Assembly: GCA_963825635.1 (NCBI GenBank)
Contig: CAWGTU010000003.1
Span: forward strand, 459,812 to 523,811
Source of the DNA: an uncultured Actinomycetes bacterium
Lineage (GTDB): Bacteria; Actinomycetota; UBA4738; HRBIN12
DNA length: 64,000 nt
Reading direction: 5' to 3'
Shown here: positions 26,634 through 36,879 of the stretch, one piece after another
Layout: every line of letters starts with the position of its first letter
How positions within the stretch are numbered: position 1 is the stretch's first letter
Notes under the pieces: model-generated
The model's database searches: none
The model's input: the letters and a program-made list of their open reading frames with translations, nothing else
Told to the model about the DNA's origin: nothing
Position numbers and translations under genes: made by a program

Positions 26634-28070
26634 TCAGCGGACGGGCGAGCCGACCTGGTGGAGCTTCAGCATGTTGGTGGTCGTGCGCCCAGCAGGAGAG
26701 GACGCGGCCATCACCACGATCTCTCCGGGCGCCACGAGCGATCGGTGACGGAGCCCCTCGTCCATCAGGGCGATCATCGCGTCGGTGTCCTCGGGGCGCT
26801 CGGCCGCGAGCGGCATCACGCCCCAGTTCAACGTGTTCACGCGCCTGACCTGTTCGTCGGGGATGAATGCGTAGATCGGGCTCGCCGGCCGCTCGGCCGA
26901 GAGCAGCCTGGCGGTCCGCCCCGTCTCGGTGTAGCACGTGATCGCCACCACCTCGGGCTCGTTCGTGGCCACGGCTGCGACGGCGTGGGCGACGGCGGCA
27001 GCCTCGCCGGTGTGGCGACAATCCGGCTGGGCGGCGCGGTAATCGCGGCCGCGGGCCTCCACCGCCGTCGCGATCTTCGCAGCGGCTGCGGCCGCCTCGA
27101 ACGGGTACTCGCCGATCGCGGTCTCACCGGAGAGCATGATCGCGTCGGCCCCGTCGAGCACGGCGTTCGCCACGTCGGTCGCCTCGGCGCGCGTCGGCCT
27201 CGGAGCGCGGATCATCGATTCCAGCATCTGGGTCGCCACGATCACGGGACGGCTCGCGGCGCGTGCGGCACGCAACAGGTCCTTCTGCAACAACGGGATC
27301 TGCTCCATCGGCAGCTCCACCCCGAGATCGCCGCGGGCCACCATCAGCGCGTCGGTGACCTCGAGGATCGATCCGATGTGCTCGATCGCCGGCTTCGTCT
27401 CGATCTTCGCGACGATCGGCACGACCCGATCGCCCATCAGCGTCCGAAGCTCGTGCAGGTCGTCGGCGCCCCGCACGAACGACTGGGCGACCAGGTCCAC
27501 CCCGAGATCGAGCGCCCGCGCGAGCCCCTCGCGATCGCGCTCGGTCACCGCGGGCAGGCCGAGCCGCTCCGCGGGGACGTTCACCCCCTGCCCCGACCGC
27601 ACGGTTCCGCCCCGCACGCACTCGGTGCGCACCGTGGCACCGTCGATCCCGGTGACGAGCAGCTCGACGGCGCCGTCGGCCAGCAGCACTCGGTCGCCCT
27701 GCCGCAGGTCCTCGGCCAGGCCCGGGTACGTCGTCGACGTGCCGAGCTCGGAGCCGGACCCGCCCGGTCGCAGTTCGAACGGCTGCCCCGGCGCGAAGCG
27801 GAACGGGTCGGGGTCCATCGCGCCGAGCCGCACCTTGGGTCCGGGCAGGTCGGCGAGCACGGCGAGCGCCCGGTCGCCCTCGGCCTCCGCTTCACGCACC
27901 AACCCCACCGCGCGGGCGTGGTCGTCGGGCGTGCCGTGGGAGAAGTTCACGCGGAAGATCGACGCCCCCGCCGTCACCAGGCCACGGACGAACGCCGGCG
28001 TGTTCGTGGCCGGTCCGAGGGTGCACAGGAGCTTCGTGCGGGCGGTCAGCGAGGGGCCCGGGGTGCTCAC
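26634..28070 (-). CDS. pyk: Pyruvate kinase
   Basis: TKLLCTLGPAT, FSHG, MVARGDLGVE and SGETA motifs. Confidence 0.9.
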   Translation of the reverse strand: MSTPGPSLTARTKLLCTLGPATNTPAFVRGLVTAGASIFRVNFSHGTPDDHARAVGLVREAEAEGDRALAVLADLPGPKVRLGAMDPDPFRFAPGQPFELRPGGSGSELGTSTTYPGLAEDLRQGDRVLLADGAVELLVTGIDGATVRTECVRGGTVRSGQGVNVPAERLGLPAVTERDREGLARALDLGVDLVAQSFVRGADDLHELRTLMGDRVVPIVAKIETKPAIEHIGSILEVTDALMVARGDLGVELPMEQIPLLQKDLLRAARAASRPVIVATQMLESMIRAPRPTRAEATDVANAVLDGADAIMLSGETAIGEYPFEAAAAAAKIATAVEARGRDYRAAQPDCRHTGEAAAVAHAVAAVATNEPEVVAITCYTETGRTARLLSAERPASPIYAFIPDEQVRRVNTLNWGVMPLAAERPEDTDAMIALMDEGLRHRSLVAPGEIVVMAASSPAGRTTTNMLKLHQVGSPVR

Positions 28071-29233
28071 GGAGGGCCTCCCCCGTCAGGTGCACGTGGC
28101 TCGAACCGGTGGGCCAACGCGGCGGAGGCCACGGCCCCGGCCTCCTCGTCGGCCGGCGACGGGCGGGCGGGTGGCTCCGAGAGGGTGGTCGGCACCTCCC
28201 CGCGCAGCTCGAACTCTGCGCGCTCGATCCATCCCTCGGGGATCTCGTCGGGCGGCCTCACCCCGGCCATCTCGGCGAAGTAGATCGTCCAGGCGCGCGG
28301 CACGACCCGCGCCCACTGGTAGCCGCCACCGCCCGTCGCGACCCACCGTCCACCTGCCGCGTCGTGCGCCAGCTCGTGCAGGATCGACGCGGCCGCGCGA
28401 TAGGCGTTCGTCGTGAGCCCGAGATGCGCGAGCGGATCGCTCGCGTGCGTGTCGCACCCCAGCTGGGTCACGAGCACGTCGGGTCCGAAGTCCCGCACGA
28501 TCGGGGGCACGGCCGCGCGGAACGCCTCGAGCCACCCCTCGTCGCTCGTGCCCGGAGGCAGCGGCAGGTTCACGGCGGAGTCGGGAGCGTTCGGCCCTCC
28601 CCGCTCCGAGGGTCCACCCGTGCCGGGGAAGAAACCGATCTCGGGCGCGTACTCGTGGATCGAGACCGTGAGCACCCTCGGATCGTCCCAGAAGATCGCC
28701 TGCGGACCGTCGCCGTGATGCACGTCGACGTCGACGTAGGCGATGCGCTCCGCGCCCCGGGCAAGCATCCACGCGATCGCGATCGCCGGATCGTCGTAGA
28801 CGCAGAAGCCAGAGGCTCGGCCGGGCATCGCGTGGTGCAGGCCGCCCGCCGCGTTGAACGCGTGCGCGACCTCGCCTTGCAGCACGGCACGGGCCGCGGC
28901 GAGGCTCGCGCCGGCGACGATGGCCCCGGCCTCGTGCATGCGATCGAAGATCGGGTTGTCACCGGGGCCGTATCCGAACCGGCCCCAGGATCCCTCGATC
29001 CCGTGGCCCGCGTCGCGGGTCGCCTCGATGAACTCCCGGGTGTGCACGAGCATCAGCGTGTCGTCGTCGGCCGGCTCTGCGCCGAGCCGGACGACGTGCG
29101 GTTCCCGGTCGATCCCGTACTCGGCGATCAGGTCCCAGGTCAACAGCACCCGCTGGGGCCGCAAGGGGTGTCGCAGGCCATGGTCGTAGATCCTCGCCTC
29201 GGGGGCGATCACGAGGCCGGCGGTGCCGCTCAC
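28067..29233 (-). CDS. Histone-deacetylase-family amidohydrolase (AcuC / acetylpolyamine amidohydrolase-like)
   Basis: DVDVHHGDG zinc-site motif. Start computed at GTG (V137 of the track ORF), overlapping the upstream stop. Confidence 0.75.
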   Translation of the reverse strand: MSGTAGLVIAPEARIYDHGLRHPLRPQRVLLTWDLIAEYGIDREPHVVRLGAEPADDDTLMLVHTREFIEATRDAGHGIEGSWGRFGYGPGDNPIFDRMHEAGAIVAGASLAAARAVLQGEVAHAFNAAGGLHHAMPGRASGFCVYDDPAIAIAWMLARGAERIAYVDVDVHHGDGPQAIFWDDPRVLTVSIHEYAPEIGFFPGTGGPSERGGPNAPDSAVNLPLPPGTSDEGWLEAFRAAVPPIVRDFGPDVLVTQLGCDTHASDPLAHLGLTTNAYRAAASILHELAHDAAGGRWVATGGGGYQWARVVPRAWTIYFAEMAGVRPPDEIPEGWIERAEFELRGEVPTTLSEPPARPSPADEEAGAVASAALAHRFEPRAPDGGGPP

Positions 29234-30540
29234 GCGACCGAGCGGACCGCGGCCGCCGTGCGCGCGACCAGCTCGGCGGCGTCGTCGTCGGTGAGCACGA
29301 ACGGTGGGCCCAGCATCAGCAGATCGCCGTCGCGGCCGTCGACGTGCCCGGTCGAGGAGTACAGCAGCAGGCCCGCCTCGCGCGCCGCGGTCACGACCCG
29401 CTCCGTGACCCGGTCGGCGCGCGCGAACGGCTCCTTGGTCTCGGGGTCGCGGACGAGCTCGATGCCGATCATCGTTCCCAGCCCGCGCACGTCGCCCACG
29501 ATCGACAGGTCGGCGAGCGCGGCCACGAGGTCCGTCCGGAGCCGCTCGCCGAGCGAGGCCGAACGCGCGACCAGATCGCGGTCGCGCAGCAGGCGGAGCA
29601 CGGCGCCCGCCGCGGCGGCCCCCAGGCCGTTGTGCGACCACGTGAAGCCGTGGACGAACCCGGTGGTGGAGACCGTCTCGAAGACCTCACCGCTCGCCGC
29701 GGCGAACCCGAACGGCACGTATCCGCTCGTCGTGCCCTTGCCGGCGGTCAGGATGTCCGGCCGCACGTCCCAATGCTCGACCCCGAACCAGCGACCGGTG
29801 CGGCCCATGCCCGTCATCACCTCGTCGGCGATCACGAGGACGCCGTGGCGCCGGCACGCGTCGACGATCGAGGGCCAGTAGTCCTCGCACGGGACGGCCG
29901 CGCCGAGCGTCGCGCCGGCCACCGGCTCGGCGATGAACGCCGCGACCGAGTTCGGTGGCGCCTGGGAGATCATGCGTTCGAGCTCCCCCGCGTGCCACGC
30001 GCCGCACGCCTCGGGGTGCTGCGGGTTCTCGCATCGGTACTCGTATGCCGCAGGCGCGTGCAGGAAGCGGCCGAGCCACGGCGTGTACGGCTTGCGGAGC
30101 GGCTCCTTGCCGCTCGCGTCCAGTGCCCCGAGCGTGTTCCCGTGGTAGGCGCTGCGACGCCCGATCACGACGAAGCGCGACTCCTCGCCACGCGCCAGGT
30201 GATACGCGCGAGCCAGCTTCAGCGCGGTCTCGACGGCCTCGCTGCCGCCCGACACGGGGTAGAGGCGGGCATCGTCGAGCGGAAGCAACGGCGCCAAGTC
30301 GTCGGCGTACGCCTCGAGCACGCCCGTCGTGAACATCGTGCCGTGCACGTACTGCGTGCGGGCGAGCTGGGCCTCGATCGCCTCGATCACGGCACGTTCC
30401 CCGTGCCCGACGTTCACGACGATCGCACCGCCGGCGCCGTCGAGGAACCGTCCGCCGTCGGCCGTGATGATCCACGCGCCCTCCGCCGCGACCGCCTCGG
30501 GCAGGTCGCGGTCGAGCACCCTCGGGAAGACGTGGCTCAC
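29230..30540 (-). CDS. Class III (omega) aminotransferase, PLP-dependent
   Basis: VIADEVMTGMGRTG and TAGKG motifs. Confidence 0.8.
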   Translation of the reverse strand: MSHVFPRVLDRDLPEAVAAEGAWIITADGGRFLDGAGGAIVVNVGHGERAVIEAIEAQLARTQYVHGTMFTTGVLEAYADDLAPLLPLDDARLYPVSGGSEAVETALKLARAYHLARGEESRFVVIGRRSAYHGNTLGALDASGKEPLRKPYTPWLGRFLHAPAAYEYRCENPQHPEACGAWHAGELERMISQAPPNSVAAFIAEPVAGATLGAAVPCEDYWPSIVDACRRHGVLVIADEVMTGMGRTGRWFGVEHWDVRPDILTAGKGTTSGYVPFGFAAASGEVFETVSTTGFVHGFTWSHNGLGAAAAGAVLRLLRDRDLVARSASLGERLRTDLVAALADLSIVGDVRGLGTMIGIELVRDPETKEPFARADRVTERVVTAAREAGLLLYSSTGHVDGRDGDLLMLGPPFVLTDDDAAELVARTAAAVRSVA

Positions 30541-30740
30541 GAGCCCTCCTCGTCGGTGGATCGGGGAGGCGACGTCGTCGGTGTGGGATCGTCGTCGAAG
30601 GTCGCGAAGACCTCACGGAGCCGGTCGCCTCGAGCCTTGCGCCCCCGACGGATCGCCTCCGCCCACTCGGGCTCGGGCCCGGCGTCGACCGACCACGGCG
30701 CCTCCTGCCCACCGGCCGTGCGATCCTCGTCGGGGTGCAT
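30537..30740 (-). CDS. Possible small acidic protein (67 aa)
   Basis: In-frame tail of track ORF 30537..31535 with ATGA overlap onto the aminotransferase start. No homology recognised. Confidence 0.25.
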   Translation of the reverse strand: MHPDEDRTAGGQEAPWSVDAGPEPEWAEAIRRGRKARGDRLREVFATFDDDPTPTTSPPRSTDEEGS

Positions 30741-30745
30741 GTCGC

Positions 30746-31657
30746 TCACGTTACCGTCTGAACGTCGGCGAGCCATCGCCGCATCGAACCGTCGTCGCGC
30801 GCTCGCAGCACGCCGATCCTTCGGTCGCTCGCATCCAGGTCGCCGAAGACCCGCATCACCAGGGCCGCGATCGCGAACACCGGATCGACCGGGTCGGTCG
30901 CCGCCGTCCAGCGCACGCTCGCCTGCATCCGGAAGTCGCCCACCACCGACGAGCCGGCATCGTGCGCGGCGAGCAGCGCGCCGAAGAAGAGCAGCGCCGG
31001 GAACGGCCCCGGGCTGCTCGTGGCGAGGGAGCCCAGCGCCTCGAGCACGGCTCGCACGTCGGCCCGGCGGGCTGCGATCGAGTCGGCGTCGGCCGACGCG
31101 GGCAGCGCCCCGTCGCGCAGTCGAAGGCACGCGCGCTGGCCACGCACGTACGCCGCCAGGGCGGCCCCGGTCGGCACGGAGTAGAGGGAGCTCCAGACCG
31201 GGCGGATCCCCGCCGGGCCCACGGCCTCGACGACGGCGCGCGGCAGCCTCTCGAGCGCCGCACCCAACGTCTCTTCGTCGTGCGCCTCCCGCACGACCTC
31301 GGCGATGACGTCGCCCGCGGCATCGAGCACACGCAGGGTGATCGATGCGCGACCCTCGGCACCGACGGCGCTGCGGACGGTCACCGGCGCGCCCGGCACC
31401 GCCTCGGATCCGGACAGCGGAAGTGTGCCGGCGAGCGGCCGCGCGTTCGTGCCGAACCTCACCGCTTCCGCGAGGTAGACCGGCAGCCCGAGCCGCAGAT
31501 CGCGACCCGCCGCGCCGACCGCCCGATCCTCCCACGCCTCGGCGCGGAAGACGATCGTCGGCGCGCCCTCACGCACGACCGGCACGAGCCACGATGGCGA
31601 CCGCAGGGGCGTGTACCAGACCGGGGGTTCGAGCGGCTCGTTCGGGCCGGGCGTCAC
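30746..31657 (-). CDS. Hypothetical protein (~303 aa) within the catabolic operon
   Basis: Non-Arg-biased segment of track ORF 30746..32569 starting at GTG (V305) with GTGA overlap onto the CoA-transferase B stop. Confidence 0.45.
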   Translation of the reverse strand: MTPGPNEPLEPPVWYTPLRSPSWLVPVVREGAPTIVFRAEAWEDRAVGAAGRDLRLGLPVYLAEAVRFGTNARPLAGTLPLSGSEAVPGAPVTVRSAVGAEGRASITLRVLDAAGDVIAEVVREAHDEETLGAALERLPRAVVEAVGPAGIRPVWSSLYSVPTGAALAAYVRGQRACLRLRDGALPASADADSIAARRADVRAVLEALGSLATSSPGPFPALLFFGALLAAHDAGSSVVGDFRMQASVRWTAATDPVDPVFAIAALVMRVFGDLDASDRRIGVLRARDDGSMRRWLADVQTVT

Positions 31658-32436
31658 TTCGTGTAGACCCCGCCGGGGTCGAGCTCCTCGCGGATCAGCC
31701 GCAGCTCGTCGTCGGTCGGGGCAGGCGTCCCGCCCAGGTCCACCCCCACCTTCGGCTCCCAGCCCATGTTCGCTCGCACGTCGTCGAGCGTGACCCCTGG
31801 GTGCAGGGTGCGCAGCGTCATCTCCCCGGTCGGCCCGTCGAAGGTGTACGTGGCGAGGTCGGTCACGACGCTCGTCGGCCCGCTCCCCCACCAGCCGCGA
31901 GCGGCGTCGTGCACGGGGTCGCCGCTGTGACCCGGCGAGGTGCGGAAGTCGAGCCGCTCGACGAACGAGCGCTGCGCCTGCCGCATGATCACCAGGATCT
32001 GCCGGGCGTGGATCGCGATCTCGCAGGCGCCACCCGAGCCCGGCAGCCGGACCTTCGGATGGTCGTAGTCGCCGATCACCGTGGTGTTGAGGTTCCCGTA
32101 TCGGTCGATCTGGGCCCCGCCCAGGAACGCCACATCGATCAGTCCCGCCTGCAGGTAGAACGCGAACAGCTCGAACATGCTCGTGACCGCTGTCGAGCCC
32201 GTCGCGAGCGTCGGGTCTCCGATCGAGAGGGGAAGCCGCTCCGGGCGCGCGCCGTAGACGCCCGACTCGTACACGAGCTGGAGCTCGGGGGCGACCGTCC
32301 GCTGGGCGAGGTTGCACACGATGTTGGGGAGCCCGACGCCGACGAAGCAGTTCGAGACGCCACCCAGCAGGCGCGCGCTGGCCGCGATCATCAGCTCGGA
32401 CTTCGAGTACCCGAGGTCGGCCGCGGCGTCGCTCAC
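31654..32436 (-). CDS. CoA-transferase family I, beta subunit (3-oxoacid / glutaconate CoA-transferase B-like)
   Basis: GGxxQ-like LGGAQIDRYGNLN motif and PGSGGACEIA; GTGA coupling. Confidence 0.75.
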   Translation of the reverse strand: MSDAAADLGYSKSELMIAASARLLGGVSNCFVGVGLPNIVCNLAQRTVAPELQLVYESGVYGARPERLPLSIGDPTLATGSTAVTSMFELFAFYLQAGLIDVAFLGGAQIDRYGNLNTTVIGDYDHPKVRLPGSGGACEIAIHARQILVIMRQAQRSFVERLDFRTSPGHSGDPVHDAARGWWGSGPTSVVTDLATYTFDGPTGEMTLRTLHPGVTLDDVRANMGWEPKVGVDLGGTPAPTDDELRLIREELDPGGVYTK

Positions 32437-33383
32437 GCGTACCTCCCGTAGTCGACCTCGCCCGACGGCGCCGGTTCGGGCCGCAGGGCGTCCCAGTACG
32501 CGTCGCCGTACTTCTGCACGTACTCGCGATGGTTCGCCAGGCCGTAGACCCACTCGTCGAGCCAGGCATCGAGCGTCTCCTGCTCCTTCGCGATGCGGTC
32601 CCACTCGAGGTAGAAACGGTTGTCGCGGTCGTAGTAGCCCTGCGCGAACGACGGGTGGCAGGCGAACGGCTCCTCGACCACCGCGTCGACCACCGCGCCC
32701 GGGATCACCGTGCGGTTGGGGTCTCGTCGGATCACCGCCTCGTCGACGACCTCCTCCACCACGACGATCACCTTGTGCGCCGCGAACGCGACCTCCTTCT
32801 GACACCCCATCAGGCCCCAGATCTGCGTGTCACCGGCGGCGTCGGCCCTCTGCGCGTGCACGATCGCCACGTCGGGCTTCAACGGCGGCACGACGAAGAC
32901 CTCGTCGCTCTCGTCGTACGGGGATCGCATCGGGACGATCTTGGGGTTGACCTTCGGGATGTCGCTCTCGTAGTAGCTGCGGATCGGGAAGAACGGCAGG
33001 TTCGCGGCGCCCGCCATGTACCGGCACACCATGCCGAAGTGCGAGTACTCCTCGATCTCGAGGGGTGCCGGGTCCGCCTTCTCGATGCGCCGACGTACCG
33101 CGTGCAGGTTGCCGACGCCGGGATTGCCCATCCAGCTGAAGATCAGCTTCGAGGCGACCCCGGCCCCGATCATCTGGTCGTAGACCACGTCGGGCGTCAT
33201 GCGGGCGAGCGTGAGGTCGCGCCGGCGTTGCCGGATGATCTCGTGCCCGGCGGCGAAGCAGATCAGATGCGTGAAGCCCTCGATCGCCACGGTGTCGCCG
33301 TCGCGCACGAGCTCGCGCACGGCGTCCTGCATCGTCGTGACCTTGCTCACCCCACCCACCCCGGGCTCATGATGCGTCCGCAC
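32433..33383 (-). CDS. CoA-transferase family I, alpha subunit
   Basis: Typical A-subunit core (GFTHLICFAAGHEII ... SWMGNPGVG). Confidence 0.7.
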   Translation of the reverse strand: MRTHHEPGVGGVSKVTTMQDAVRELVRDGDTVAIEGFTHLICFAAGHEIIRQRRRDLTLARMTPDVVYDQMIGAGVASKLIFSWMGNPGVGNLHAVRRRIEKADPAPLEIEEYSHFGMVCRYMAGAANLPFFPIRSYYESDIPKVNPKIVPMRSPYDESDEVFVVPPLKPDVAIVHAQRADAAGDTQIWGLMGCQKEVAFAAHKVIVVVEEVVDEAVIRRDPNRTVIPGAVVDAVVEEPFACHPSFAQGYYDRDNRFYLEWDRIAKEQETLDAWLDEWVYGLANHREYVQKYGDAYWDALRPEPAPSGEVDYGRYA

Positions 33384-33386
33384 GGC

Positions 33387-33770
33387 TCACGACGGCCGCT
33401 CCTTCGGGGGGTCGTCGTTCGGGCCGCGGAGCACGCAGAACTCGTTGCCCTCGGGGTCGACCAGGACGGTCCAGTAGCTGCCACCCTCGTCGACACGGCG
33501 CACGACGCGCGCACCGGCGTCGACGAGTCGATCGACCTCCCCGCGCATCGTCGAGGGAGGGGAGAGATCCAGGTGCAGCCGGTTCTTGACCGACTTCCCC
33601 TCGGGCACCTGTTGGAACAGCAGCGGCCACCCGCGGCCCGACGGGTCCCGGAGCCACGCGTCGTCGTCGTCGACCTCCTCGAGCTCGTAGCCGAGCGCCG
33701 CGCACCAGAAGTCGGCGACCAGCCGCGGGTCCCGGCAGTCGATCGTGAGCGTGGAGACGAGCGAGGTCAC
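33387..33770 (-). CDS. Glyoxalase/bleomycin-resistance (VOC) family protein
   Basis: 127 aa with a VOC fold pattern (LHLDLS ... EGNEFCV). Confidence 0.65.
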   Translation of the reverse strand: MTSLVSTLTIDCRDPRLVADFWCAALGYELEEVDDDDAWLRDPSGRGWPLLFQQVPEGKSVKNRLHLDLSPPSTMRGEVDRLVDAGARVVRRVDEGGSYWTVLVDPEGNEFCVLRGPNDDPPKERPS

Positions 33771-33784
33771 GGAGGGCCCGCCGC

Positions 33785-35086
33785 CTACGAAGCGGCCTCG
33801 ACCTCGGCGACGGCCTCCTCGAAGATCTCGAGGGCCGCCCGGGCTTGGTCCTCACGGAACACCAGCGGCGGCGAGATGCGGATCGCGTCGTCACCGCACC
33901 CGAGCATCAACAGCCCCTTGCGGAACGACGCCTGCTCGACCGCGAGTGCCTGGTCGTGATCGGCGAACGAGAGTCCGATCCAGAGGGCCCGGCCACGTAC
34001 CTCGATGATGATCGGGTGCCGTTCGGCGATGGTGCGAACCCCGTCGAGGAAGATCTCCCCGACCGAGCGCGCGTTGTCGAGCAATCCTTCCCGATCGATC
34101 ACCTCGAACGTGGCGAGGGCAGCGGCGCACGAGATCGGCGAGCCGCCGTACGTCGAGCCGTGCGCGCCGAGCTCCCAGGTCATCAGGTCGTCGCGGGCGA
34201 TCATCGCGCCGAGCGGCAGGCCGCTCGCGATGCCCTTGCCGGCCGTGATCACGTCGGGCGCGATGCCCTCCTGCTCGATCGCCCACATCGTGCCGCTGCG
34301 ACCCATGCCCGACTGCACCTCGTCGCAGACCAGCAGGATGCCGTGGCGGTCGCAGAGCTCTCGCAGGTAGGTGAACCAGCCCTCGGGCGGCAGGACGTAC
34401 CCACCCTCGCCGAGCCACGACTCGACGACGATCGCCGCCACCTCGGTCGGCGAGACGACCCGCTTGAACAACACCTGCTCGAGGTACTCGAAGTCACCGT
34501 AGAACGAGTGGTAGACGCTCGGCATCATCGGACCGAAGCCCGTGCGGTAGCGGGCTTTCGACGCCGTGAGCGTGACCGACCCCATCGAACGCCCGTGGAA
34601 CGACTGGTAGAACCCGATCAGGTATTGGCGACCGGTCGCGTAGCGCGCGAGCTTGATCGCGGCCTCGACGGCCTCGGTGCCCGAGTTCGTGAGGAACGAG
34701 CGTGCCCGCTTCCCCCCGAACGGCGCCATCGCGTCGAGCCGCTCGCACACGTCGGAGTAGATCGGCAGGAAGAAGTCCGACGCCGAGTAGTGCAGCAGCT
34801 GGGTCGCCTGTCTCTGCACGGCCTCCACCACCGTCGGATGGCAGTGCCCGGTGCTCGTCACGGCGATGCCCGCGTTCAGGTCGAGGAAGATGTTCCCGTC
34901 GACGTCCTCGACGATCGAGCCGGAACCGCGTCGCGGCACGAACGGGTAGGCGCGCGGGAGCGACGGCGAGGTGACCTTGCGGTCGCGCTCGATGCGCGCC
35001 ATCGCCTCGGGGCCGGGCACCTCCGTGATGAGCTTGGGCCTGGCGTGCGCCGCGAGGCCCTCGAGCTCCATGTCCTCGAGGCTCAC
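33785..35086 (-). CDS. Class III aminotransferase, 4-aminobutyrate/ornithine aminotransferase-like
   Basis: CDEVQSGMGRSG and TAGKG motifs; GTGA overlap with the P5CDH stop. Confidence 0.8.
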   Translation of the reverse strand: MSLEDMELEGLAAHARPKLITEVPGPEAMARIERDRKVTSPSLPRAYPFVPRRGSGSIVEDVDGNIFLDLNAGIAVTSTGHCHPTVVEAVQRQATQLLHYSASDFFLPIYSDVCERLDAMAPFGGKRARSFLTNSGTEAVEAAIKLARYATGRQYLIGFYQSFHGRSMGSVTLTASKARYRTGFGPMMPSVYHSFYGDFEYLEQVLFKRVVSPTEVAAIVVESWLGEGGYVLPPEGWFTYLRELCDRHGILLVCDEVQSGMGRSGTMWAIEQEGIAPDVITAGKGIASGLPLGAMIARDDLMTWELGAHGSTYGGSPISCAAALATFEVIDREGLLDNARSVGEIFLDGVRTIAERHPIIIEVRGRALWIGLSFADHDQALAVEQASFRKGLLMLGCGDDAIRISPPLVFREDQARAALEIFEEAVAEVEAAS

Positions 35087-36648
35087 TCGGAGATCACCGT
35101 CCTCGACTGCTCGCGCAGGTACTGCAGCATGTAGTAGGGGCCGCCGCCGGCCTTGCCGGTCGTCCCCGACGCCTTCCAGCCGCCGAACGGCTGCACGCCC
35201 GGCCAGGCTCCCGTGGTGGACCCGGCCTGACGGTTGACGTAGACGACCCCCGCCTGGATGCGGTCGAGCCACTCGTCGATCTCGTTCTCCTCGTTGCTGA
35301 AGAGCCCGGCGGTCAGCCCGTACTCCGTGGCGTTCGCCTTCTCGATCGCATCGTCGAGCTCGTCGAACGGCGCGACGACGACGAACGGCACGAACAGCTC
35401 CTTGTGCCAGATCCAGCTGTCCTCGGGAGCCTCGGCGATCGTGGGCTCGACGAAGAGGCCGCGGCCGAGATCCCCTTCGGTGATGCGCTGTCCGCCGGTG
35501 ACGATCGTGCCGCTCTTCTGGGCTTCCTCCGCCGCCTCCTCGTAGGTGTCGAGGGCGGCCTCGTTGATGATCGGGCCCAGGAAGACGTCACGCTCGATCG
35601 GGTTGCCGACCTTGATCTGCTCGGTCTTCGTCTTGAGCTGGGATACGAACTCGTCGTAGACCTCCCGCTCGACGTAGACACGGCTGCACGCCGAGCACTT
35701 CTGTCCGCCGAATCCGAAGGCGCTACGCATCACACCCGTGGTCGCCTTGTCGATGTCGGCGCTCTTCGTGACGATCGTCGGGTTCTTGCCACCCATCTCG
35801 CAGATGACGGGCTTCGGCACGTTCGTCGCGAAGTTCTTGTAGATGTCCATGCCCACCGGGTACGAGCCGGTGAACGTGATGCCGTTCACGTCGGGGTGGC
35901 GCCACAGCGCCTCGCCGGCCACGGCGCCTCGCCCGGTGACGAGGTGGAACGCGCCCGCCGGCACGCCGCCGTCGCGGTAGCACTCGTAGAGCTTGTAGCC
36001 GAGCAGGGCGCCCTGGTTCGACGGCTTCAGCACGACCGCGTTGCCCGCGACGAGCGCGCCGCTCGTCGGGCCGCCCGACAGCGCCATCGGGAAGTTGAAC
36101 GGACTGATGACGGCCCAGACGCCGTGGGGCCGCAGGACGTCGTAGTAGTCGCCGGCGGCGCCGAGCCCGCTCATCGGCGCGCGGAAGCCCTCGTGCTTCT
36201 CGACCTCGTCGCAGTTCCAGCGGATCAGCTCCGCCGTCTCCTGCACGTCGCCGAGCGCCTCGAGCCTGCTCTTGCCCACCTCGTACGCCATCAGTGCCGC
36301 GAGATCGAAGAGGCGCTCCTCCATGATGTCGGCGGCGCTGCGCAGGATGCGCACGCGCTCCTGCCAGCCCATGCGGTCCCACTCGAGCTGGAACGCCTTG
36401 GCCGCCGCCACGGCGTCCTCGACGTCTTCGGGGGTGGCTTGGGAGAAGCGCCCGATGACGATCTCCTTGTCGATCGGCGAGGGCTCCTCGTAGCGATCCT
36501 CGCGCCAACGCTCCTCGCCGTTCACGATGACCGGGTAGTCCTTGCCGAGGTCGGCCTTGACCCGCTCTGCTGCCTCGTCGTACGCCGCCTGCAACTCCTC
36601 GTTGTCGGCCGACAGCGTCGCGTAGGTGATGCGGAACTTCTCGCTCAT
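35083..36648 (-). CDS. L-glutamate gamma-semialdehyde (1-pyrroline-5-carboxylate) dehydrogenase, RocA/PruA type aldehyde dehydrogenase
   Basis: LGKDYPVIVNGEE N-terminal signature shared with RocA. ALDH catalytic Cys (GGQKCSACSR) and Glu (ICEMGGKN). Confidence 0.75.
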   Translation of the reverse strand: MSEKFRITYATLSADNEELQAAYDEAAERVKADLGKDYPVIVNGEERWREDRYEEPSPIDKEIVIGRFSQATPEDVEDAVAAAKAFQLEWDRMGWQERVRILRSAADIMEERLFDLAALMAYEVGKSRLEALGDVQETAELIRWNCDEVEKHEGFRAPMSGLGAAGDYYDVLRPHGVWAVISPFNFPMALSGGPTSGALVAGNAVVLKPSNQGALLGYKLYECYRDGGVPAGAFHLVTGRGAVAGEALWRHPDVNGITFTGSYPVGMDIYKNFATNVPKPVICEMGGKNPTIVTKSADIDKATTGVMRSAFGFGGQKCSACSRVYVEREVYDEFVSQLKTKTEQIKVGNPIERDVFLGPIINEAALDTYEEAAEEAQKSGTIVTGGQRITEGDLGRGLFVEPTIAEAPEDSWIWHKELFVPFVVVAPFDELDDAIEKANATEYGLTAGLFSNEENEIDEWLDRIQAGVVYVNRQAGSTTGAWPGVQPFGGWKASGTTGKAGGGPYYMLQYLREQSRTVISE

Positions 36649-36879
36649 CGGAAGCTCGCCCCCTTCTGGCGTTCCCATGGCTCGGCCAATGGGTCGGTAT
36701 GTGGATAACCGTGTGACGGCCGCCATCGTATCCGAGCGCCCCGAGGGCCGCCCATGGGCGCCGATGACCTGCGGTTGGAGCCACCGGCACCGTCTGTGAC
36801 CTGCAACGATGCGTGGTCATGATCCGGCGAGCGGAAACCGGGAAATCGTCGTCGGACAGGCGTATGCTTCGGCTCCCAC

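Noticed and set aside
28067-29641. 524-aa ORF for the HDAC-like gene and the 35083..36726 547-aa ORF for P5CDH
   Set aside because: Both have Arg-rich spurious N-termini. The real starts (GTG 29233, ATG 36648) coincide with upstream stop overlaps and the onset of homology.
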